From: an uncultured Gemmatimonadota bacterium
Lineage (GTDB): Bacteria; Blakebacterota; Blakebacteria; Blakebacterales; Blakebacteraceae
DNA length: 64,000 bases
Assembly (NCBI GenBank): GCA_964576115.1
Contig: CAZNUA010000001.1
Coordinates: 1-64,000 of the forward strand
Direction of reading: 5' to 3'
Made by a program: the position numbers and the translations under genes. The notes under the pieces were generated by a model. The model was not told the origin of the DNA and made no database searches. It saw only the letters and a list, made by a program, of their open reading frames with translations. Shown in pieces: positions 49,618 through 58,112 of the stretch (position 1 is the stretch's first letter; the number at the start of each line of letters is the position of its first letter).

Positions 49618-51738
49618 TCAGTCCTTGAGATACTCTGCCAGCCAGTCGTAGATGGTGTTCCACCACACGAGCGCATTCTGAGGTCGGAGCACCCAGTGCC
49701 CCTCGTCGGGGAAGAGGAGAAGCCGGGCCCGGATGCCGCGACGGCGCAGGGCGGTGAACATCTCCAGCCCCTGTCCGAGCGGCACGCGGTAATCGAGCTC
49801 TCCATGGATGATTAGCATCGGGGTTCGGAAATCCTTCACCGCTCCCATCGGGTTCCACCGTTCATAGAAGCGGTCATTCTCCCACGGCAGGCCGCCGAAT
49901 TCCCATTCAGGAAACCAGAGCTCCTCGGTGGTGCCGTACATACTGACGGTGTTGGCTACCCCGTCGTGGTTGACCAGGGTTCGGAAGCGATCGGTGTGCC
50001 CCTCGAACCAGTTCATCATGTAGCCGCCGTAGGAAGCCCCGCAGGCAGCCAGCCGGTCGGGATCGATGAAGGGATAACTGGCCAGGGTGTGGTCGAGCCC
50101 CCGCATCAGATCTTCGAAGACCTTACCGCCCCAATCTCTAGTAATGTCATCTGTGAACTGTTGTCCGTATCCCGTGCTCCCACGGGGATTTATGAGTAGC
50201 ACAACATATTCCGGAGCGGCGAACATGTTGGCATTCCAGCGATAGTGGAAGATATCGCTCCAGGCCCCCTGCGGGCCGCCGTGGACCAGGTAGATGAGCG
50301 GGTAGGTGCGGGCCGGGTCGAAACCGGGCGGGCGGATGAGGAAGCCCTCGACCTCGACTCCCCGGGCACCTTCAAACGTGAAAACCTCGGCCGGCGAGAG
50401 ATCGAGCTCGGCCAACAGAGCGTCGTTGGTGTGCGTGAGGCGGCGCACTTCGGTGCCCTCGGCATCCAGCAGGTAGAGTTCGGTGGGCTGGTGGCTGGCC
50501 TGGCTCGCGGCAACGATTCCCAGACCGCCGGGGATCAGGGCAAGACCGCTGAAGTACCGCTGTCCGGTCAGCTGCGTGATCGCCCCGCCGGTGAGTTCCA
50601 CCCGCCAGATACTGCGCCAGATCCGATCCTGGCAGTCGAAGACGAGGGAACCGGAATCGGGAGCCCAGACGAAGCTGTTGACCGAACGATCCAGCTCTTC
50701 GGTCAGGGCCCGGTGCTCGCCGCTGCGGCGGTCGTAGAGCATGAGCCGGGTACGGTCGGCCTCGAAGCCGGGACGCGTCATGGCCAGGTAGGCGATGAAG
50801 CGGCCATCGGGCGAATAGACCGGCGAGGTGTCGTTGGCGTCACTGTCGGTCAGCAACACCGGCTCGCCCCCCTCGAGATCGGTCAGCCAGATATCGTTGC
50901 CGGTGCCGACCGCGACGGGGACATCGGTATTGCGCACGAAGGCCAGCTCGGTACCGTCGGGACTCAGGCTGTAATCCTGAAATCCCCCCAGCGAGATCGG
51001 AGGGGTGTCATGAGGACCGGGGGTGAGATCTCGCACCGCGCCGTTCTCGATGTTCACGATATGCACGTGGCTGCGCCGGCCGTCTTCCCACGTGTCCCAG
51101 TGCCGGTACATCAGTTCGTCGTAGATCCGGGCTCCGGTGGGGCCCTCGGACAGGCTCCGCAGGCGGGTCGCGGCTTCGTCACCCTCGGGCCAGACCTCGC
51201 TCACAAAAAGGAGTCGGGTCCCGTCGGTCGAAAACTGCGGGCCGGTCGCACCCCCCGGCTGACTGGTCAAGCGGCGGGCTTCCCCCCCACAGGCCGGGAG
51301 CAGGTAAATCTGGGCCCCGTCACCACCGCGGGTAGAGACAAACGCCAGCCACTCCCCGTCGGGGGACCAGACCGGCGAGGTGTCGGTACCGGGGGAATTG
51401 GTCATCTGCATCGCTTCGCCCCCCTCGATCGGCACGACCCAGATGTCGCTGTTGCCCCGGTTGGCCTCGACATCGTACCAGGTCACCGTGTAGGCGACCC
51501 GGCTGCCGTCGGGGCTCACGACCGGCGAGCCCACCCGCCCCATGGCCCAGAGATCTTCGGGCGTGATCGGCCGGGGAGTCTGGGCCGAAAGCGACCCCGA
51601 AACCGCGATAAAACCAATCAGCAGGGGAAGAGTCCTGAGGACAGCGGTGCGGGTGTCGATTCGGGCGGGACGGTAGACGCACCAGCGGCGACGACGGATC
51701 CCCATCATCAGCATCCTTTCCCCGGGTGGGTGCGGCAC
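49618..51738 (-). CDS. S9C prolyl oligopeptidase/acylaminoacyl peptidase
   Basis: WSPDG propeller repeats; HGGPQ, GASYGG, HGELDYRV, FPDEGHW. Start uncertain. Confidence 0.93.
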   Translation of the reverse strand: MPHPPGERMLMMGIRRRRWCVYRPARIDTRTAVLRTLPLLIGFIAVSGSLSAQTPRPITPEDLWAMGRVGSPVVSPDGSRVAYTVTWYDVEANRGNSDIWVVPIEGGEAMQMTNSPGTDTSPVWSPDGEWLAFVSTRGGDGAQIYLLPACGGEARRLTSQPGGATGPQFSTDGTRLLFVSEVWPEGDEAATRLRSLSEGPTGARIYDELMYRHWDTWEDGRRSHVHIVNIENGAVRDLTPGPHDTPPISLGGFQDYSLSPDGTELAFVRNTDVPVAVGTGNDIWLTDLEGGEPVLLTDSDANDTSPVYSPDGRFIAYLAMTRPGFEADRTRLMLYDRRSGEHRALTEELDRSVNSFVWAPDSGSLVFDCQDRIWRSIWRVELTGGAITQLTGQRYFSGLALIPGGLGIVAASQASHQPTELYLLDAEGTEVRRLTHTNDALLAELDLSPAEVFTFEGARGVEVEGFLIRPPGFDPARTYPLIYLVHGGPQGAWSDIFHYRWNANMFAAPEYVVLLINPRGSTGYGQQFTDDITRDWGGKVFEDLMRGLDHTLASYPFIDPDRLAACGASYGGYMMNWFEGHTDRFRTLVNHDGVANTVSMYGTTEELWFPEWEFGGLPWENDRFYERWNPMGAVKDFRTPMLIIHGELDYRVPLGQGLEMFTALRRRGIRARLLLFPDEGHWVLRPQNALVWWNTIYDWLAEYLKD

Positions 51739-51955
51739 AAACGCGTCTTCGCGAAGGAGGCCTCACTCTACTCCCGGGTTCGACGGGGGGTCAACCGGAG
51801 GCGCTTTTCCACCTGACCGCCGGCCGGAGAACCACTACTGTGCCTGAAGGAAGACGGATAAACCCGACCGGGTCTCTCGTGCCCTGTCACGAAACACCCG
51901 TTGTATTCGAACGGCGTTGCATCCGCACCGGCAAAGTCCACGAAAGCGAGGAACG

Positions 51956-53098
51956 ATGCATATCGATCCCTTTGTCATGGAACGGTGGCAATCCACATAC
52001 GAGCACCAGGTCGGCTTCAATCTCTCCGAAAGCGGGGTGCACCCGCTGACCGTCGGTGAACTGCTCGATCTGCCCGGGGGTGATACCGGGCTCTCGGACG
52101 CCGACCTGCACGCGGTCGGTCTCGGGTACGCCCAGGGCAACGGTGACGAGGGTTTGCGCGAGCACATCGCCGCCATCTATCCCGGGGCCGGTCTGCCCAA
52201 CATTCTGCTGACTCACGGGGGCGCCGAGGCGAACTTCCTGACCACCCTGCGGCTCATCGAACCGGGAGACGAAGCCGTCATCATGCTTCCCAATTACATG
52301 CAGACCCCTGCTCTGGTCGAGGCCTGGGGGGGCACGGTCCGACCGTGGCTGCTGACCGAGGCCGGCGGCTGGGCTCCCGATATCGGAGAGCTCGATGATC
52401 TCATCACGCCCCAGACCCGTCTGATCGTCATCACCAATCCCAACAATCCGACCGGCCTGGTCTTCGGCGAAGAGGTCCTCGAGGCCGTCGTCGCCGCCGC
52501 CGAGCGGGTCGGGGCCTGGATCCTGGCCGACGAGATCTACCGCGGGGCTGAAATCAGCGGCCCCGAAACCCCCAGTTTCTGGGGCCGGTACGACCGCCTG
52601 CTCGTCACGTCGGGACTCTCGAAAGCCTATGGTCTGCCGGGGCTGCGCATCGGCTGGATCGTCAGTCCCGAGGTCGATCTGGTGAACGAGCTCTGGGCTT
52701 ACCACGACTACACCACCATCGCCGCCGCCCGCATCACCGAGGTGCTGGCCCGCCACGCACTGGAGCCCGAACGCCGGCGGCGCATCCTCGAGCGGACCCG
52801 CGGCATTCTGAACCGTAACCTGCCGCTGCTCAAAGCCTGGCTCGACACTCAGGAGGGCCTGTTCTCGTTCGTCGAACCGCAGGCGGGGGCGATCATGTGG
52901 GTTCGCTACGATCTTGAGGTGAACAGCAGCGAGCTGGCAGAGCGGGTGCGCGTGGAAGAGGACGTCCTGATCGAACCGGGGGATCATTTCGGAGTGGACC
53001 GCTACCTCAGGCTCGGTTACGGCCCCGAACCCGACTACCTAGCCGAGGCGCTGGAAGGAGTCAAGCGGGTGATCGAGCACTACCAGGCCGGTGAGTAA
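51956..53098 (+). CDS. PLP-dependent aminotransferase class I/II
   Basis: FNLSESG, TNPNNPTG, ADEIY, SGLSKAYGLPGLRIGW, YLRLGYG. Confidence 0.92.
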   Translation: MHIDPFVMERWQSTYEHQVGFNLSESGVHPLTVGELLDLPGGDTGLSDADLHAVGLGYAQGNGDEGLREHIAAIYPGAGLPNILLTHGGAEANFLTTLRLIEPGDEAVIMLPNYMQTPALVEAWGGTVRPWLLTEAGGWAPDIGELDDLITPQTRLIVITNPNNPTGLVFGEEVLEAVVAAAERVGAWILADEIYRGAEISGPETPSFWGRYDRLLVTSGLSKAYGLPGLRIGWIVSPEVDLVNELWAYHDYTTIAAARITEVLARHALEPERRRRILERTRGILNRNLPLLKAWLDTQEGLFSFVEPQAGAIMWVRYDLEVNSSELAERVRVEEDVLIEPGDHFGVDRYLRLGYGPEPDYLAEALEGVKRVIEHYQAGE

Positions 53099-54100
53099 GT
53101 GATCAAGGAGCGAAACGTGCTGCACCTGGTTGAAAGTCAGATCCGCAACCTCATCGGGCCCGATGAAGCCCTCACAGCCGTCCGGGAGGCCTTTGCCGCT
53201 CTGGCCCGGGGCGAAGTGCATCAGCCGCCGGTGATCGGGCTCGACCTGACCGACCGCAAGGGCGAGGTACACCTCAAGGGAGCCTACGTCAGCGGTCAGC
53301 CCTTCTTTTCGTTCAAGGTTGCCACCGGTTTTTATGACAACCCCGCCCGGGGGCTGCCGACCGGTTCGGGGATCGTCCTGGTCTTCGATGCCTGGACCGG
53401 CTTCCCGGCGGCCCTGCTGCAGGACAACGGCTATCTGACCGAAATGCGGACCGCCGCCGCGGGAGCGCTGGCCTGCCAGACCCTGGCCCGGCCCGAGGCC
53501 CGCACCCTGGGCCTGGTGGGCGCCGGCACCCAGGCCCGTTACCAGCTTCGAGCCCTGGCCAATGAACGGGATCTGGAACGGGTTGTGGTCTGGAGCCGCA
53601 GCCCGGAGCGGGTGGCGGCTTTTATCGAGGAGATGAGCGGGGAATTTCCCTTCGCTGTGGAAGCCGCCCCCTCACCCGATGCGGTCGTCTCGGCGACCGA
53701 AATCGTCATCACCGTCACTCCCAGCCGCGAACCGCTCATCCCGGCCGACGCCCTGCATGCCGGGCTGCATCTGACCTGTGTGGGCAGCGATCAGCCGGGC
53801 AAGCAGGAACTCGATCCGGCCACCTTCCGCCGGATCGACCGCATATACGCCGACCACATCGAACAGGCCGCCAGCCAGGGCGAGCTGCAGCATGCCATCG
53901 CCGGGGGAGTCCTCGGACGCTCCGAGATCGCCGGCACCCTGGGCGAGGTGCTGGTGGCTCTCGAAGAAGGACGGACGTCGGCCGATGAGATTACCTTCTG
54001 CGACCTGACCGGGACCGGGGTCCAGGATGCCGCTATCGCCTCGCTGACCGTCGAACGGGCCCGCGAACAGGGGGTGGGCGGCACCCTCGGCCAGACCTGA
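53099..54100 (+). CDS. Ornithine cyclodeaminase/mu-crystallin family protein (EutC-like)
   Basis: GEVHLKGAY, KVATGFYDN, DNGYLTEMRTAAAG, GAGTQA, DLTGTGVQD. Confidence 0.9.
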   Translation: MIKERNVLHLVESQIRNLIGPDEALTAVREAFAALARGEVHQPPVIGLDLTDRKGEVHLKGAYVSGQPFFSFKVATGFYDNPARGLPTGSGIVLVFDAWTGFPAALLQDNGYLTEMRTAAAGALACQTLARPEARTLGLVGAGTQARYQLRALANERDLERVVVWSRSPERVAAFIEEMSGEFPFAVEAAPSPDAVVSATEIVITVTPSREPLIPADALHAGLHLTCVGSDQPGKQELDPATFRRIDRIYADHIEQAASQGELQHAIAGGVLGRSEIAGTLGEVLVALEEGRTSADEITFCDLTGTGVQDAAIASLTVERAREQGVGGTLGQT

Positions 54101-54110
54101 GGCAGCGGTC

Positions 54111-55280
54111 GTGCCCCGTCCCTTCCGGCTGCTGACGATCAACTCCTCGCCTTCGATGGGGGGCCTGGAACGCTTTCAGCTCCGGCTGGCGGTCGATCTG
54201 GCCGATCGGGGCCACGACGTGACCGCTGTCGGGGCTCCCGGATCGCGCTGGAGCCGGGCCGCCGCCGAAGCCGGACTGCAGGTCGCAACCCGGCGCTTTC
54301 ATGCCTATCTCTCCCCGTTCGCAGTCCTGCGCCTGGCCCGCATCTTCAAACGGCTCGAGCCCGATCTCATCCACTACCGCCTGAGCCGGAATATCTGGAC
54401 GATCGCACCGGCCGCCCGCCTCACCGGACGGCGGGGCCGGGTGGTGCACACCCTGGGCATGAACCCGGGGGGGCGGCTGCGCGATCCGGTGCATCGCTGG
54501 CTGCGCAACACCCTCGGGGCTTTCGTGGCTCCGACTCCGGCCACGGCTGCAAAGGCGGAGCTGGTCTGGGGAATGCGCGAGGGGGAGACGGTCGTGATCC
54601 CGAACTATGCCCCGACCGCCCCCTTCGCCGACCCCGCTCTCGACGCCGAGGCTGCCGCCTGGCGCAGGAGCTGGGGTGTGCCGGCCGACACGGCGGGAGT
54701 GCTCTGTATCGGCACCCTCACCCGGCTCGAACCGGCCAAGGGAACCGAAGAGTTCGTCGAGGCGGCCCTGCGGATTGCGGAGCGCGAGGAGGGCCGCGAA
54801 GTCCGTTTCATCGTCGGCGGTCCCCCCTCCCCCGGCCGGGAGAAGTGGGTGGCGGAGCTCGAAGCCCGAAGCAGGGATTCGGCCGCGGCACATCGGATCA
54901 TCTTCACCGGCGCGATCGAACCGCAGCGGGTACCGGCTTTCCTGAGTGCGCTCGACGCCTTCGTGCTGGCCAGTCACCGCGAAACCTTCGGCCTGGTCCT
55001 GGTCGAAGCCATGCTGGCCGGCTGCGTGGTGATCGCCGCCCGCGGTCCCGGTTCCGATTTCATCCTCGACGGGGGTCGGGCCGGAACCCTGGTGCCCCCG
55101 CGCGATCCCGGGGCTCTGACCGAAGTCCTGCTCGACCTGCTGTCCGGCCGGGAGGATATCTGGGTCACGGGTCCTGCGGGGCAGGAGGATGCCCGCCGGC
55201 GCTTTACCGATGAAGCGGTGCTCGACCGTTACGAACACCTCTTCCGGAGCCTGCTCGGAACCGCGGGGGACGAGGTTTGA
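54111..55280 (+). CDS. Glycosyltransferase family 4
   Basis: MGGLE N-terminal motif; RLEPAKG; ETFGLVLVEAMLAG. Confidence 0.9.
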   Translation: MPRPFRLLTINSSPSMGGLERFQLRLAVDLADRGHDVTAVGAPGSRWSRAAAEAGLQVATRRFHAYLSPFAVLRLARIFKRLEPDLIHYRLSRNIWTIAPAARLTGRRGRVVHTLGMNPGGRLRDPVHRWLRNTLGAFVAPTPATAAKAELVWGMREGETVVIPNYAPTAPFADPALDAEAAAWRRSWGVPADTAGVLCIGTLTRLEPAKGTEEFVEAALRIAEREEGREVRFIVGGPPSPGREKWVAELEARSRDSAAAHRIIFTGAIEPQRVPAFLSALDAFVLASHRETFGLVLVEAMLAGCVVIAARGPGSDFILDGGRAGTLVPPRDPGALTEVLLDLLSGREDIWVTGPAGQEDARRRFTDEAVLDRYEHLFRSLLGTAGDEV

Positions 55281-55342
55281 TTCTCTACGGCGAAACTCTG
55301 CCGGGCACCTCTGCCTGACCGGGAACGACTGGAGGGTCGCTG

Positions 55343-55972
55343 ATGGCTCGAACCGAACCGTTCGAGAAACATCCCCGACGCTACGAGGCCTGGTTCGAGC
55401 GCAACCCGCACGCCTGGCATTCCGAGGTCGAGACGCTACGCATGGTACAGGAACAACCTCCCCGGCGGGGCCTGGAGATCGGGGTGGGAACCGGTCGTTT
55501 CGCCCTTCCGCTGGGATTCGGCTACGGTCTCGAACCGGCCCGGCCGATGATCGAGCACGCACGACAGGCGGGAATCACCGTTGTGCGGGGGATTGCCGAA
55601 AGACTCCCCTTCGCACCGCAGACCTTCGATCAGGTACTCCTGGTCACCACCATCTGCTTCGTGGACGACCTGGAGGCATCCTTCCGGGAAGCCCGCCGGG
55701 TTCTCGCCTCCGGCGGGCAACTGTTGATCGGTCTGGTCGATCGGGAAAGCCCGGTGGGTCAACACTACCTGCGCCACCAGGCCGAGAGCGTCTTCTATCG
55801 CGAGGCCACCTTCTACAGCACCGATCAGGTTCTGGACCTGCTCGCCGCAGCCGGCTTCGGAGCCTTCCGGCTGGCCCAGACCATTTTCGGTATGCCCGCC
55901 GAGATGACCGCTCCCGATCCGGTGCGGGAGGGCTACGGAAAGGGCTCCTTCGTCGCCATCCGCGCCCAATGA
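55343..55972 (+). CDS. Class I SAM-dependent methyltransferase
   Basis: GLEIGVGTGRF, AERLPF..FD, TTICFVDD, RRVLASGG. Confidence 0.9.
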   Translation: MARTEPFEKHPRRYEAWFERNPHAWHSEVETLRMVQEQPPRRGLEIGVGTGRFALPLGFGYGLEPARPMIEHARQAGITVVRGIAERLPFAPQTFDQVLLVTTICFVDDLEASFREARRVLASGGQLLIGLVDRESPVGQHYLRHQAESVFYREATFYSTDQVLDLLAAAGFGAFRLAQTIFGMPAEMTAPDPVREGYGKGSFVAIRAQ

Positions 55973-56170
55973 AAACCCGCACCGCCCGAAACAGGGAATG
56001 GGATGGTCCGGGTCTGCGATCCCGACGGCGGCGACACCCGAACGGATAGCGGGGCATCGGCGAGTCGGGACGAATCGGGCAGAATCGAGTGCGGACCGCC
56101 CGCATGTCAGGGCCAACGGCTTTCGTCATTGAAGAGTGGTCTCTGCTCCCGACTTCGGTACAATAGGTAT

Positions 56171-57196
56171 ATGATCAACCGTTTTCTCCGAATCGTGAAA
56201 GCAGCCTGGGGCAACCGGATCCTGCGCCATATCAGTATCTGGGCCTTCGCTTTCGGAGCGCTCTATCTCAACATCAGTCTTTTTGAAACACCACCCGAGG
56301 CTCTCAAGATTGCCTCAACCATCGTGCTGCCGGGATTGCTGCCGGTCTACGTGCACTTCTTCGCTCTCAGCCGCTATTTCGAACGACAGCGTTATGCCGC
56401 CTACGGCCTCTGGGTCGTCGCCATCCTCGCCGCCTCGGCCCTGTGGGCAGAATGGCTGCACCGCCTCATCGAGCACAATCCCGAAGCCCACACATCGGGG
56501 ATGGGACTCGCCATTCTCTACCTGATTGTTTCGACCGGAGGGCGGTATTTTTCGCGCGGTATCAGCCAGCAGTACCGGCTCCAGGAGGCCGAAGCGAAAC
56601 AGCTGCGCACCGAACTGGCCCTGCTGCGTTCCCGGATCGATCCCCACTTCTTGTTCAACACTCTCAACAGTCTCTACGCCCTGAGCCTGGACAACTCCGA
56701 ACGCACGCCCGAGGTGATTCTGAAGCTCTCGGATATGATGCGGTACGTGCTCGACAGCTCGCAGCACAACGCCGTACCGCTGACCGACGAGATCAGGTTC
56801 CTGCACAATTATGTGGAACTGGAAACCCTGCGCTTCGGCAAAGCTCCCGATATCCGACTGAGGGTCACGGGGGACCCGGATACCCGGCGTATCGCCCCGA
56901 TGCTGCTGATCCCGTTTGTCGAGAACGCCTTCAAGCATGGCCTGAACAACGCCGGCGCGCAGGAGTACGTCCATATCGATATCGACCTGACCGCTGACCG
57001 GTTCCTCTTCGCGATCGAAAACGGCCCTCCCGCCCGCGACCGGGGCCCCGGCGACGGACCGAACGGAAAAGACACCGGCGGTCTGGGTCTGGAGAACGTG
57101 CGGCGGCGACTGGCGCTGCTCTATCCCGACAGTCACCGCCTCGCTGTCGCAGCCGGCGAGCGGACCTTTCGCGTCGAGCTGGAGATCGAGTTGTGA
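56171..57196 (+). CDS. LytS/YehU-family sensor histidine kinase
   Basis: TM helices then RIDPHFLFNTLNS, LSDMMRY, FVENAFKHG, GLGLENVRRRL. Confidence 0.93.
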   Translation: MINRFLRIVKAAWGNRILRHISIWAFAFGALYLNISLFETPPEALKIASTIVLPGLLPVYVHFFALSRYFERQRYAAYGLWVVAILAASALWAEWLHRLIEHNPEAHTSGMGLAILYLIVSTGGRYFSRGISQQYRLQEAEAKQLRTELALLRSRIDPHFLFNTLNSLYALSLDNSERTPEVILKLSDMMRYVLDSSQHNAVPLTDEIRFLHNYVELETLRFGKAPDIRLRVTGDPDTRRIAPMLLIPFVENAFKHGLNNAGAQEYVHIDIDLTADRFLFAIENGPPARDRGPGDGPNGKDTGGLGLENVRRRLALLYPDSHRLAVAAGERTFRVELEIEL

Positions 57197-57230
57197 CCCG
57201 GACCGGCTGCAATGAACGGGAGCGAGTCCG

Positions 57231-58016
57231 GTGACGATGCGCTGTCTGATCGTTGACGACGAACCCCTGGCCCGCCGGGTGCTTGCCAGGCATATCGCCG
57301 CCGTGCCCTCTCTGGAACTGATCGGGGAGTGCGGCAGCGCCGCCGAAGCGGCGGCCTGTCTGCACGAACAGGCGGTCGACGTGATCTTCCTGGATATCGA
57401 GATGCCCGAGATGACCGGTCTCGACTTCCTGAAAACCCTGCCCGATCGACCCCGGATCATCCTCACCACGGCCTACTCCGAATACGCTCTGGAGGGGTAC
57501 GAGTATGCCGTGGTGGATTACCTGCTCAAACCGATCTCCTTCGAACGCTTCCTCACCGCGGTGAACCGGCTCCCTTCCCGACCGGCGGCAGCAGGCAGCC
57601 GGATCGGAGAGGGCGAAAGCGCCCCGGCAGCGCAGGGAAAATCAACCCGGGAACCGGCTTCTGAACCGGACGCGGCCGACTTCATCTTCCTGCGGGCCGA
57701 CCGTGTCGATCATAAGGTCGCCTTCGACGATATCAGCGTCATCGAGGGCTACGGCAACTATGTCAAGGTCCATACCGACCGGGGCACGATCATGACTGCC
57801 GGCACGCTCGCAGCCATGGAGGAATCCCTGCCCCGCGAGCGTTTCCTGCGCGTCCACCGCTCGTATATCGTCGCCGTGTCACGGATCGAGCAGGTCGAGA
57901 GCACCGCTCTGCAGCTCGGCCGGCGTACCGTCCCGATCGGCAGCTCCTACCGGCGGGGTGTCCTGGAGATCCTGGACCGGTATTCACCCTCCAAACGGCC
58001 GTCTTCATCCCGCTGA
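57231..58016 (+). CDS. LytTR family response regulator
   Basis: IVDDEPLA, FLDIEMP, DYLLKP; LytTR domain GNYVKV and FLRVHRSYIV. Confidence 0.95.
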   Translation: MTMRCLIVDDEPLARRVLARHIAAVPSLELIGECGSAAEAAACLHEQAVDVIFLDIEMPEMTGLDFLKTLPDRPRIILTTAYSEYALEGYEYAVVDYLLKPISFERFLTAVNRLPSRPAAAGSRIGEGESAPAAQGKSTREPASEPDAADFIFLRADRVDHKVAFDDISVIEGYGNYVKVHTDRGTIMTAGTLAAMEESLPRERFLRVHRSYIVAVSRIEQVESTALQLGRRTVPIGSSYRRGVLEILDRYSPSKRPSSSR

Positions 58017-58112
58017 CCGCGCCCTTGACCACCTTTCACCCTCCCTCGAGCTCCACCCCGCGTATGCTATCGGGTACCCAACACCGATCGATTCGGGGAG
58101 AGCGAAGACCAC

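Noticed and set aside
56037-56090. Imperfect 10-bp tandem units (cgagtcggga/cgaatcgggc/agaatcgagt) upstream of the LytS kinase as LytTR boxes
   Set aside because: Too degenerate, and the spacing does not clearly fit the ~21-22-bp LytTR period.
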